A stretch of DNA of 64,000 nt from an uncultured Eubacteriales bacterium. Lineage in GTDB: Bacteria; Bacillota; Clostridia; Oscillospirales; CAG-272. The position numbers and the translations under genes are program-made. Shown here piece by piece: positions 48,654 to 58,466 of the stretch (positions are counted from its first letter, which is position 1; each line of letters starts with the position of its first letter). The stretch covers positions 35,349-99,348 of the forward strand of contig CAKSDP010000003.1 of NCBI GenBank assembly GCA_934446065.1, written 5' to 3'. The notes beneath the pieces were generated by a model. That model made no database searches. It was not told the DNA's origin and was given only the letters and a program-made list of their open reading frames with translations.

Positions 48654-49454
48654 ATGAAGGACTCAATTTTCTCCCCGGGTGAGCGTGGGGAAAAACTGAT
48701 CCGCGTAAACGACGCGGGATTTGCGAAAAATCCGGCGCCACGCCATCACGCGCGCGGTGCGGGGTTTTGCTTTCTGTATATCATGTCGGGGGAGGCGGCG
48801 ATCGAGTCTCCGAACACGCTTGTATCCGCCGGTCCCGGCAGAGTCGTGATAATACACGACTCCGAGGAATGTGTTGTCTACAAGAACAGCGGTGACTTGT
48901 CGCTCATCAGGTTCTCTGTATCCGGATTCATAACCGAAGCCGTATACGAGGTGCTCGGACTCGACCGCATAGCCGTGTTCCCTGCGGACAGGCTCATCAC
49001 ATTCACAAAGCTCGAACGTGAATATGCCGAATATCTCGCGGGCAGCGGCAAAGCCGGGCAAAGGATCTGCGAGGCGGCGTTCTCGCTCATGCTCGACTGC
49101 GCGGGCTACTCAAAAAGAGACTCCGACGCGAGGCCGATCGCCGAACGTATGCGGGAATTTCTCGATCTTTCGGTATGCGAGGACATAGACCTTGATATGC
49201 TCGGCGCACATTTCGACATCACGGGTGTTCACGCAATAAGAGTATTCAGAAAAGAATACGATATAACTCCGATGCAGTATCTTCGCGACGCGAGACTCAA
49301 CGCGGCGGCTCAGATGCTGCGCATGACGGATATTCACTCATCGGTTATAGCGGAAACGCTGCGATTCTCAAACCCGCAGCACTTTTCTAACGCCTTCAAG
49401 GAAAAGTTCGGCATCTCGCCCGGGCGGTACAGAGAATCCGTCAGAGGCAACTGA
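48654..49454 (+). CDS. AraC-family transcriptional regulator
   Basis: C-terminal tandem HTH_AraC (...LRMTDIHSSVIAETLRFSNPQHFSNAFKEKFGISPGRYR). Confidence 0.8.
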   Translation: MKDSIFSPGERGEKLIRVNDAGFAKNPAPRHHARGAGFCFLYIMSGEAAIESPNTLVSAGPGRVVIIHDSEECVVYKNSGDLSLIRFSVSGFITEAVYEVLGLDRIAVFPADRLITFTKLEREYAEYLAGSGKAGQRICEAAFSLMLDCAGYSKRDSDARPIAERMREFLDLSVCEDIDLDMLGAHFDITGVHAIRVFRKEYDITPMQYLRDARLNAAAQMLRMTDIHSSVIAETLRFSNPQHFSNAFKEKFGISPGRYRESVRGN

Positions 49455-49490
49455 TCGCCGAAACTCACGGTACGATTCCGAGGTATTATC

Positions 49491-51629
49491 TTGAGAAAAT
49501 TTTTATCGGATATAAAAGCTCTCGTCTCACGGGCAGGACGCGGAATATGCAAATTCCTCTCCTCCGTGATACGTTATCTCTTTGCGCATCCTACGACGGA
49601 ATGGGTGATCCTTACACTTATTCTGTATTTCATCACCGACTCACTGTGCAGGCGGTCGTTTATACAGTCCGTCGTCTTCATATTCACCTCGCCGGTGATG
49701 TTCCTGTTTAATTTTTCGATCGTCGCCATCGGCACATCGTTTGCGCTCATTTTCAGGCACAGGTATTTCTTCTACCTTCTGAATCTCGTATTCTGGCTTA
49801 CGTTGTCGATCACGGATTTCGTTCTGCTCGGGATGCGGGCAGACCCGTTTTCGGCGGTCGATCTGAACGTCATCGTAACGGCGCTCGGCATCGTTCCGAA
49901 ATACATCGGATGGGGCGGCATCATCGCAATAATCGCGGCATTCGCGGCAAGCGCGTCGCTGCTCGTTCTTCTGTGGCGGCGTCATCCGAAGATAGTTCGG
50001 CTGAACCGTTCGTCCGCCGCGCTTCGCACCGCGACGCTTGCGCTTATAATATGCGTGCTCTCGATCTCGACCTCATATTATCACTATATTCCCGACAATT
50101 TTGAAAATGCAGCGGTCGCATACGACACATACGGATTTCCGTACTGCTTCTTTCGCAGCTTTGTACAGCGCGGGGTCAGCACACCGGACGAATATTCGGA
50201 GGACGCGATCGAAGCTCTGACAAAAAAGCTCGGCGACACGGAAAACACGGCGAAGGACGTTCCGAACGTAATATTCCTTCAGCTTGAATCGTTCTTTGAC
50301 GTTAACCGCGTAAAGGGGCTGTCTCTCAGCGAAAACCCGATTCCGAACTTCACGTCGCTCAAGGAAAGCTGTGCTTCGGGAAAGCTTCGCGTAAACACGA
50401 TCGGCGGCGGAACGGCAAACACCGAGTTTGAGGTGCTGTGCGGCATGAACCTGACCCATTTCGGTCTGCTCGAATGTCCGTACACAACGATCCTGAACCG
50501 GACTCCGTGCCGCTCGGCGGCATCGGTATTCGCCGAATGCGGGCTTACGACGCACGCGATCCACAATCACATCGCGACATTCTACGACAGGTATGTCGTA
50601 TACCCGAATCTCGGGTTTGACACATTCACCCCCGTCGAATATATGAAGAACATCGAGCGCAACAGTCTCGGCTGGGTCAAGGACTCCTGCCTTGAAGACG
50701 AGATCATGAGCGCGCTGTCCTCGACCGAGGGAAACGATTTCATATTCACGGTTTCGGTTCAGCCGCACGGCAAGTACCCCGATTTCGAGACGGCGGGCGA
50801 CGATGACATTCACGTGCTCTCATACCCCGATGAAAAGATGATATTCGACATCGAATATTACGTAAACGAGATAAACGAGACCGACGCCTTTCTCGGCAGT
50901 GTGATAGACGCGCTGCGTGACTATCCGGAGGATGTTGTGGTGGTCGCATACGGCGACCATCTCCCGATCCTCGGGCTTGACGACGAGAGTATGTTCAGCG
51001 GCGATCTGTACAGCACGGAATACGTAATATGGACCAACTTTGATTCCGATTACGAGGGCGGAGACATCCAGGCGTTCCAGCTCGCGGCAAAGGTCATGAG
51101 CGGGCTCGACATTGACGGCGGCAGTATGTTCTCGATCCATCAGAAGCTCTCGGACGATCCGGACTACGACGCATACATGAAGCTGATGGAATACGATTCC
51201 CTTGAGGGGGAGCACTTTGCCACTCACGGAAAGGCTCCGGTCGCGACAGCGATGTCGTTCGGCACGGAGGAGATCCGCGTCACCGGCGCTAAAAAATACG
51301 GCGACATTCTGTTTGTCTCAGGCGAAAACTTTACCGAAAGTAGCTATGTATTCGTAAATGACAGGCGGCTTGACACGACGCTTGTAAACGACTCGCTGCT
51401 TGTGGTAAAGAAGGCAAAGCTGCACGAGGGCGACGAGATCTACACGGCTCAGCTGTGCGAGGGCGGCACACTGCTGTCGCACTCTGCCCCGTTCACTTAT
51501 TCCTCGTCGGACGAGGGGGATGTTGTGATTCCCGACGACATATTCTCAGGCAGCAAAGCGGATTCCGGCGGATACGGGGACGAGTCTGAGACATACGACA
51601 CCAACGGCGCACCGCTTACACAAAACTGA
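49491..51629 (+). CDS. LtaS-family sulfatase-fold membrane enzyme (lipoteichoic acid synthase / phosphoglycerol transferase-like) with extra C-terminal domain
   Basis: 5 N-terminal TM helices then sulfatase domain motifs NVIFLQLESF, TIGGGTANTEFEVLCG; 712 aa. Confidence 0.75.
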   Translation: MRKFLSDIKALVSRAGRGICKFLSSVIRYLFAHPTTEWVILTLILYFITDSLCRRSFIQSVVFIFTSPVMFLFNFSIVAIGTSFALIFRHRYFFYLLNLVFWLTLSITDFVLLGMRADPFSAVDLNVIVTALGIVPKYIGWGGIIAIIAAFAASASLLVLLWRRHPKIVRLNRSSAALRTATLALIICVLSISTSYYHYIPDNFENAAVAYDTYGFPYCFFRSFVQRGVSTPDEYSEDAIEALTKKLGDTENTAKDVPNVIFLQLESFFDVNRVKGLSLSENPIPNFTSLKESCASGKLRVNTIGGGTANTEFEVLCGMNLTHFGLLECPYTTILNRTPCRSAASVFAECGLTTHAIHNHIATFYDRYVVYPNLGFDTFTPVEYMKNIERNSLGWVKDSCLEDEIMSALSSTEGNDFIFTVSVQPHGKYPDFETAGDDDIHVLSYPDEKMIFDIEYYVNEINETDAFLGSVIDALRDYPEDVVVVAYGDHLPILGLDDESMFSGDLYSTEYVIWTNFDSDYEGGDIQAFQLAAKVMSGLDIDGGSMFSIHQKLSDDPDYDAYMKLMEYDSLEGEHFATHGKAPVATAMSFGTEEIRVTGAKKYGDILFVSGENFTESSYVFVNDRRLDTTLVNDSLLVVKKAKLHEGDEIYTAQLCEGGTLLSHSAPFTYSSSDEGDVVIPDDIFSGSKADSGGYGDESETYDTNGAPLTQN

Positions 51630-51658
51630 AACTCACTACCCAAAGAAAGGCTACGCAT

Positions 51659-53497
51659 ATGTGCGGATTTGTGGGATTTACCGGATATCTTCAAAACCGG
51701 AACGAAATAATAAAGAAAATGGCTGACCGCATCATCCACCGCGGTCCGAACATGGAGGGGTACTACGTCACTCCCGACGGGAAGTTTCCCGTCGCGCTCG
51801 GCTTCAGGCGTCTCAGCATCATTGACCTTGCCGACGGCGCTCAGCCGATGTTCAACGAGGATGGCACTGTCGTCTGCGTATACAACGGTGAAATATACAA
51901 CTTCATGGAGCTGCGCGACGAGCTTATCGCGCGGGGCCATGTATTCCGCACAAGGTGTGACTCCGAGGTTCTGATCCACGGGTACGAGGAATACGGTGAG
52001 ACGCTCGTCGAGCGCCTGCGCGGTATGTTTGCGTTCGTCATATACGACATGAAGGATCACACGCTGTTCGGCGCGCGCGACATATTCGGCATAAAGCCGT
52101 TCTACTACTGCCGCCGCGGCGAGGCGCTCATATTCGGCTCCGAGATCAAGAGCTTCCTCGAGCATCCGGAGTTTGCGCCCGAGGTCAATCCCGACGCGCT
52201 CCGCCCTTATCTGACGTTCCAATACTCCGCGACGGAGGAAACGTTCTTCAAGGGGACGTTCAAGTTGCCGCCCGCGTCCTGCTTTACGTTCAAGAACGGC
52301 GAGATGAAGATCCGCGAATACTTTGACTTCAACTTTGCCGAGAAGCGAGACATCTCGTTCGACGAGGCTGTGTCAATGGTTGACGACCGCATCCGCGAAT
52401 CCGTTGCCGCGCACAGGATCAGCGATGTCAAAGTCGGGTCGTTCCTCTCCGGCGGAGTCGATTCAAGCTACGTCACGGCGGCGCTTATGCCGCACGACAC
52501 CTTCTCGGTTGGCTTTGATTTTGAAAAATTCGACGAGACCGGCGAGGCACGCGAGCTGTCGCGGCTGCTCGGCGTCGAAAACTACACCCGTATGCTCACG
52601 GCGGAGGACTGCTTCTCCGCCCTCTCCGATATTCAGTATCACATGGACGAGCCGCAGTCGAACCCGTCGTCGGTTCCGCTGTATTTTCTCGCAAAGCTTG
52701 CGTCCGAGCACGTAACGGTCGTTCTCTCCGGCGAGGGTGCCGATGAGATCTACGCAGGCTACGAATGGTACGATGAAACGCCCGCGATGCGGAAGTACAA
52801 AAAAATACCGGCTCCGCTGCGCCGTGTCGCTGCCGGGGCTGCGTCGCACCTGCCTTATTTCAAGGGACACGATTTCATAATAAAGGGTAGCGGTCGCCCG
52901 GAGGATTATTTTATCGGTCAGGCGCTCGTATTCCCCGAGGGGGAGGCTGCCGACATTCTCCGTCCGAAATACCGCTCGGGCATGACGCCGCACGACATCA
53001 CCGCTCCGATCTACGAGCGTGCGAAGGGACTGTCCGAGCTTGAGCGCAAGCAGTACCTTGACCTGAAGCTGTGGCTTCCCGGGGATATTCTGCTGAAGGC
53101 AGACAAGATGAGCATGGCGCACTCGATCGAGCTGCGCGTGCCGTATCTCGACCGCGAGGTAATGCGCGAGGCGCAGACGATCCCCGCAAAGTACAAGATC
53201 ACACCGCAGAACACGAAATACGTTCTGCGCAAAGCGGCAAACCGTATTCTGCCGAACGAATGGGCGGACCGCACGAAGAAGGGCTTCCCCGTTCCGATCA
53301 GGCAGTGGTTCCGCAAGGATAAATACTACGATTTTGCAAAAGAATACTTCACCTCCGACGCGGCGGCGGAATATTTTGAGGCGGACAAGCTGCTGCGGCT
53401 GCTCGACGATCACAAGAGCGGTGCGGCGAACAATCAGCGCAAGATCTGGACCGCACTCGTATTCCTCGTATGGCACCGCAGATTCTTCGGAGAATAA
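51659..53497 (+). CDS. asnB: asparagine synthase (glutamine-hydrolysing) family protein (AsnB/AsnH-like)
   Basis: N-terminal MCGFVG Ntn-glutaminase Cys2, SGGVDSS PP-loop; 612 aa. Confidence 0.88.
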   Translation: MCGFVGFTGYLQNRNEIIKKMADRIIHRGPNMEGYYVTPDGKFPVALGFRRLSIIDLADGAQPMFNEDGTVVCVYNGEIYNFMELRDELIARGHVFRTRCDSEVLIHGYEEYGETLVERLRGMFAFVIYDMKDHTLFGARDIFGIKPFYYCRRGEALIFGSEIKSFLEHPEFAPEVNPDALRPYLTFQYSATEETFFKGTFKLPPASCFTFKNGEMKIREYFDFNFAEKRDISFDEAVSMVDDRIRESVAAHRISDVKVGSFLSGGVDSSYVTAALMPHDTFSVGFDFEKFDETGEARELSRLLGVENYTRMLTAEDCFSALSDIQYHMDEPQSNPSSVPLYFLAKLASEHVTVVLSGEGADEIYAGYEWYDETPAMRKYKKIPAPLRRVAAGAASHLPYFKGHDFIIKGSGRPEDYFIGQALVFPEGEAADILRPKYRSGMTPHDITAPIYERAKGLSELERKQYLDLKLWLPGDILLKADKMSMAHSIELRVPYLDREVMREAQTIPAKYKITPQNTKYVLRKAANRILPNEWADRTKKGFPVPIRQWFRKDKYYDFAKEYFTSDAAAEYFEADKLLRLLDDHKSGAANNQRKIWTALVFLVWHRRFFGE

Positions 53498-53529
53498 AAG
53501 TCGGACAAACAATGACGGAAAGGCATAAC

Positions 53530-54762
53530 ATGACACAGAAAATATATCCCGTGCTCATCGGCGCGGATCTCAACTGCTATAATGTTGCACGCGCATTCCA
53601 CGAGGCTTACGGCGTTACATCCAAGGCGTTCGGCAGATACGCGGTCTCGGCGACAAAGTATTCGACCATCGTCGATTTCACGGCGATCCCCGATATTGAC
53701 AGCGAAGACGTGATGATACGCACGCTGAAGGACTATGCCGCGTCCCACGCGGACGGGAGGCTCGTACTGTTCGGCTGCACAGATGATTACGCAACAATGA
53801 TCATCCGCAACAAGCAGAATCTTACGGAATACATCTGCCCGTACACCGAACCCGAGATGATCGACACGCTGTCCTGCAAGGCCGAGTTTTACGAGATGTG
53901 CGAGCGGCACGGCATTCCGTATCCGAAAACCGTTGTGCTTGAGGGTGTACCGGAGGACGGGGCGCTTGACGCCGCCGTACTCGGATTCCCATACCCGATA
54001 ATAATAAAGCCGTCGTCAAGCGTTGCTTACTGGAAGCATCCGTTTGACGGGATGAAGAAGGTCTACACCGCCGAGGCACCGGATGACGCGATGAAGATCG
54101 TCCGAGACATCTACGCTTCCGGCTACGACAACAAGATAATCGTACAGGACATGATCCCCGGCGGCGACGCGCAGATGCGAGTATTCACCGCATTTTCGGA
54201 CGCGCGCGGCAAGGTGCGTGCGATGTGTCTCGGTCACACGATGGTCGAGGAGCACACGCCGAAGGGGCTTGGCAATCACGCGGCGATCGTGACGGAGGAC
54301 ACGGCGGCGTTCCCGCTGACCGAAAAGATCCGCGCGCTGCTTGAGGAGCTGCACTACGTCGGGTTCTCGAACTTCGACATCAAATACACGGGCACCGGCA
54401 ACGATTTCCGCGTGTTTGAGATAAACCTCAGACAGGGGCGCAGCAATATGTACATGACCGCTGCCGGTCTTAATGTTGCAAAGCTTGCGGCAGAGGTGTT
54501 TCTCTCGGACGGCGACGACTGCGTGCTCTGCACAAACGAGCATTTCTGGCATCATGTGCCGAAGGCTGTTGCATACAAGTACACCGAGGACGCCGAGCTT
54601 GTCCGCAAGGCGAAGTCACTCGCGCACAGCGGCCGCGACACGTCGTCGCTGTGGTACAAGCCCGACATATGCAAAAGTCCGATGAGGTTCCTTTGCGTCT
54701 GCGAACAGCTGCGCCGCCAATTCGGCAAATTCAAGACATACTATCCGACCGGGCGCGAATAA
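53530..54762 (+). CDS. ATP-grasp superfamily ligase (candidate D-aspartate ligase, Aslfm-like); start at second Met with GAAAGG RBS
   Basis: ATP-grasp fold pattern (YPIIIKPSSSVAY, NFDIKYT...FEINLRQGRS); about 410 aa; embedded between asnB and racemase. Confidence 0.6.
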   Translation: MTQKIYPVLIGADLNCYNVARAFHEAYGVTSKAFGRYAVSATKYSTIVDFTAIPDIDSEDVMIRTLKDYAASHADGRLVLFGCTDDYATMIIRNKQNLTEYICPYTEPEMIDTLSCKAEFYEMCERHGIPYPKTVVLEGVPEDGALDAAVLGFPYPIIIKPSSSVAYWKHPFDGMKKVYTAEAPDDAMKIVRDIYASGYDNKIIVQDMIPGGDAQMRVFTAFSDARGKVRAMCLGHTMVEEHTPKGLGNHAAIVTEDTAAFPLTEKIRALLEELHYVGFSNFDIKYTGTGNDFRVFEINLRQGRSNMYMTAAGLNVAKLAAEVFLSDGDDCVLCTNEHFWHHVPKAVAYKYTEDAELVRKAKSLAHSGRDTSSLWYKPDICKSPMRFLCVCEQLRRQFGKFKTYYPTGRE

Positions 54763-54789
54763 TCCGTTACGGACATAACCGAAAAGGAC

Positions 54790-55569
54790 TTGGAACACAT
54801 GGCAAAACTGCTTGGAATTCTCGGCGGGCTGGGACCTCTGTCAAGCGCGTATCTTTACAGGCTTATAACAGAGCACACCCTTGCTGCGAGAGATCAGGAT
54901 CACATAGATATTGTAATAAACAGCCGCGCGACGACTCCCGATCGCACGGACTTCATTCTCGGGCGGTCGGATGAATCGCCCGTAGGCGCGATGGTCGAGG
55001 ACGCGCGCCGTCTCGAGGCTTACGGTGCGGACGCGATCGTCATTGCGTGCAACACGGCGCACTACTTCATTGACGCCGTGCGCGATGCGGTAAACGTTCC
55101 CGTGCCGAGCATCATCGAGGAGACTGCCTCATTCATAAAATTCGCCGGCTACAAACGCGCGGGGATACTCGCGACGGAAGGAACGATCATATCCGGCGCA
55201 TATCAGGACAAGCTGTCCCGCGTCGGCGTTGCCTACTCGGTGCCGGGCGCAAAATCGCGGAAGATCCTCATGGAGCTGATCTACGACTGCGTGAAATCGG
55301 GCAAACCCGGCGGACTTGACCGCTTTGAAGCGGTGTCGCACGAGATGGAGGACGCGGGATGCGACTGCCTCATTCTCGGCTGCACGGAGCTGTCCGTGCT
55401 TGCGGATGAGCTGTCACTCAAAGACGGCTCGCACTTCCCCGCTGTGGTTGACTCGCTCGATGTGCTTACGGCATATTCCGTAAATCTGTGCGGGAAGCAA
55501 ACCGTGGGGCTGCCGGATGCGCTTGACGCGTGGGGCAAAACGATACGATCCGGAGGTGACATGGCATGA
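54790..55569 (+). CDS. Asp/Glu/hydantoin racemase family (aspartate racemase-like)
   Basis: LGILGGLGP N-terminal motif, catalytic Cys motifs IACNTAHYF and LGCTELS; 259 aa. Confidence 0.85.
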   Translation: MEHMAKLLGILGGLGPLSSAYLYRLITEHTLAARDQDHIDIVINSRATTPDRTDFILGRSDESPVGAMVEDARRLEAYGADAIVIACNTAHYFIDAVRDAVNVPVPSIIEETASFIKFAGYKRAGILATEGTIISGAYQDKLSRVGVAYSVPGAKSRKILMELIYDCVKSGKPGGLDRFEAVSHEMEDAGCDCLILGCTELSVLADELSLKDGSHFPAVVDSLDVLTAYSVNLCGKQTVGLPDALDAWGKTIRSGGDMA

Positions 55570-57071
55570 TGTGCAAAAAAACGCTTCGCGAGATCTCGGA
55601 GCATCTTCACTCACCGATCGTCGGCGGTGAAATGCACAAGGATGACGCGATACTTCGCATAGAATACGATTCGCGGACGGTCGGCGGCGGCGACATTTTT
55701 GTCGCTCTGACCGGTCACAAGCTCGACGGTCACCGTTTTGCGCCGATGGCGTACAACGCAGGCTGTCGGGCGTTCCTGTGTGAACGCGATCCGGGGCTGC
55801 CCGAGGACGCAGCCGTAATATACGTTAAGAATACACGTGAGGTACTGCCGCATTTGTCGGCATTTTTCTATGGCTATCCGGCAGACCGTCTGAAGATCGT
55901 CGGCATCACGGGAACCAAAGGAAAGACGACCACGTCGCTTATGCTCGCGGAGATCCTTAACCGTTCGGGCAAAAACTGCGCATACATCGGCTCAAACGGA
56001 GTTGTTATCAACGGTGAGCACACCGACACGGTAAACACAACTCCCGAAAGCCGCGATCTTCACCACTTCTTCGCGAAAATGGTTGACGGCGGCGTCACGC
56101 ACGCCGTGATCGAGGTATCCTCACAAGCGCTCGCGCACAACAGGGTCGATGGGATCCCGTTTGCCGCGAGGGTCTTTATGAATCTGTCACCCGACCACAC
56201 GGGCGACGGCGAGCACAAGGACTTTGCCGAATACAAGGCTGCAAAGGCGTCGTTCTTCACCGGTGCCGGAGGCACGATAATCTACAATTCCGACGATACG
56301 GAATCACTCTCCGTCATCGCCGGTCACGCACCCGACGCACGACTGATCTCGTTCGGGCTTGACAGCTCTGCCGATTTTTATGCGACGGGCGATGAGCTGT
56401 TCCGCGACGAGACGACGCTCGGGATCGGATTTTCGTGCCACCACGGCGGGAGCACGGTCGGCGTGCGGCTCAACTCCCCCGGTTCGTTCAGTATCTACAA
56501 TGCCCTTGCGGCTATCGCCTGCGCAGACACGCTCGGAGTTTCCGCCGAGGCTGCGGCAGAGGCGCTGCGGCACACGTTTGTCAGCGGCAGATTCCAGATA
56601 GTTCCGGGGCTGCTCGGCCGCACATTCATCGTTGACTATGCTCACAACGGTGAGAGTCTGCGCCGCGCGCTTACGGCGCTGCGTGAGTTCTCGCCGAAAA
56701 GGCTCACGGTCGTTTTCGGCTCGGTCGGCGGCAGGACCGAGCTCCGTCGGCGCGAGCTTGCCGAAGCTGCGTCCGCCCTCGCCGATATGTCGGTGATCAC
56801 GTCAGACAACCCCGACTCCGAGGATCCCGCACACGTCTGCGCCGACATTGAGTCCTACATGGACAAAAACCATCCTTACGTAACTATTGTTGACCGCGAA
56901 AAAGCGGTGCGCTTTGCCGTGCGCAACTCGTCCCCCGGCGATATCGTACTGTTCGCCGGAAAGGGACACGAAACATATCAGCTCGTCAACGGACAAAAGC
57001 TGCCGTTCATCGAATCCGCCATCATCCGCGACGAATGCATGAAATTGAAAGCAGAGGAACAACATGACTGA
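55566..57071 (+). CDS. murE: UDP-MurNAc-L-Ala-D-Glu:diamino-acid ligase MurE (non-DAP type)
   Basis: MurE N-terminal DSR motif (EYDSRTVGGGDIFVAL), P-loop GITGTKGKTTT, Mur ligase C-domain; specificity motif reads DNPD (56805-56816) rather than DNPR. Confidence 0.85.
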   Translation: MMCKKTLREISEHLHSPIVGGEMHKDDAILRIEYDSRTVGGGDIFVALTGHKLDGHRFAPMAYNAGCRAFLCERDPGLPEDAAVIYVKNTREVLPHLSAFFYGYPADRLKIVGITGTKGKTTTSLMLAEILNRSGKNCAYIGSNGVVINGEHTDTVNTTPESRDLHHFFAKMVDGGVTHAVIEVSSQALAHNRVDGIPFAARVFMNLSPDHTGDGEHKDFAEYKAAKASFFTGAGGTIIYNSDDTESLSVIAGHAPDARLISFGLDSSADFYATGDELFRDETTLGIGFSCHHGGSTVGVRLNSPGSFSIYNALAAIACADTLGVSAEAAAEALRHTFVSGRFQIVPGLLGRTFIVDYAHNGESLRRALTALREFSPKRLTVVFGSVGGRTELRRRELAEAASALADMSVITSDNPDSEDPAHVCADIESYMDKNHPYVTIVDREKAVRFAVRNSSPGDIVLFAGKGHETYQLVNGQKLPFIESAIIRDECMKLKAEEQHD

Positions 57072-58407
57072 CTCCAAGCCCCAGCTATTTACATCAAAAC
57101 AACTCCGTGTGCTTATTTTCCCGCTGATCGCGGAATGCTTCCTTTCATGCTCGCTTGGCATTGCAGACACAATGATGATCTCCTCGATAGGAGAGGCCGC
57201 AATGTCGGGCGTTGCGCTTGTCGATATGCTGAACGTGCTGATAATCAACTTCTTCGGCGGACTTGCCACCGGAGGTGCGGTGATCGCGGCACAGTTCATC
57301 GGCAAAAAAAACAGCCGACGCGCGTCCGACTGCGCAACCGAGATAATCATGCTCTCGCTTTTCGTCGGTGTTCTCATCGGCGGTGTAATGCTCCTTCTCA
57401 GGCGGCAGGTCATGGGCCTTTTCTTCGGTTCGATCGAAGCGGACGTAATGGCTGCCGGTGTGAGATATCTTTCGTACAGCGCGTGCTCATACCCGTTCAT
57501 CGCGATCTATTCGGCGTCATCTGCGCTGTTCCGCGCGATGGGCAACTCGAAAATATCAATGTTCTCCTCCCTCATGATGAACATAATGAACATCTTCGGA
57601 AACGCGACGCTCATATTCGGGTTTGGTCTCGGCATTGACGGAGCCGCAATTGCGACGATGATCTCGCGCTTCGCGGCGATGCTTTTCCTGCTTATCCGCA
57701 TCTCAATGAAGTCGGAAACGATCCATGCGAACTTTCGTCACTACCGCCCGAACCCCGGCATTATAAAGAAGATACTGTACATCGGGATCCCGTCAAGCTT
57801 TGAGAACAGCATATTCCAGCTCGGACGCGTAGTCGTGGTCAGCATCATTTCCCTGTTCGGCACGACGCAGATCGCCGCAAACTCGGTCGCGGGAAATCTT
57901 GACGGCTTCGGCTGTATTCCCGGGCAGGCGCTTCAGCTTGCGATGATAACCGTCATCGGTCAGTGCATCGGAGCCGGAGACGACAAACAGACAATGTATT
58001 ACGCGCGAAAACTCATGAAGATCGCGATGATCGCCGGGGCGGCGATAAACGCCGCGGTCATGATATCCATGCCGCTCGTGCTGAAGCTCTACACGCTCTC
58101 CGACGAGGCACGCGAGCTTACCGTAATACTTGTAATAATCAACTGCATCAGCGCGAGCATTCTTTGGCCGTCAGCATTCGTTCTGCCGAACGCGCTGAAG
58201 GCGGCGGGAGACGTGAAGTTCACGATGGTCGTATCGATCGTATCAATGATCACGCTCCGCGTAATGTTCAGCTATGTTCTCGGCGTGATCTTCGGTCTCG
58301 GCGCGATCGGCGTTTGGATATCGATGGTGCTTGACTGGGTTCTGAGAGCATCGTGCTTTATCGCGAGATTCCGCTCACGCAAGTGGCTGCACGGCAGCAT
58401 GGTGTGA
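57064..58407 (+). CDS. MATE-family (MOP superfamily) transporter
   Basis: 447 aa, 12 TM, MatE repeats; start overlaps murE stop. Confidence 0.85.
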   Translation: MTDSKPQLFTSKQLRVLIFPLIAECFLSCSLGIADTMMISSIGEAAMSGVALVDMLNVLIINFFGGLATGGAVIAAQFIGKKNSRRASDCATEIIMLSLFVGVLIGGVMLLLRRQVMGLFFGSIEADVMAAGVRYLSYSACSYPFIAIYSASSALFRAMGNSKISMFSSLMMNIMNIFGNATLIFGFGLGIDGAAIATMISRFAAMLFLLIRISMKSETIHANFRHYRPNPGIIKKILYIGIPSSFENSIFQLGRVVVVSIISLFGTTQIAANSVAGNLDGFGCIPGQALQLAMITVIGQCIGAGDDKQTMYYARKLMKIAMIAGAAINAAVMISMPLVLKLYTLSDEARELTVILVIINCISASILWPSAFVLPNALKAAGDVKFTMVVSIVSMITLRVMFSYVLGVIFGLGAIGVWISMVLDWVLRASCFIARFRSRKWLHGSMV

Positions 58408-58466
58408 GCCGCACGATCATATACTGCAAAAATACACCACAAGGGCATGATGCTCTGTGGTGTATT

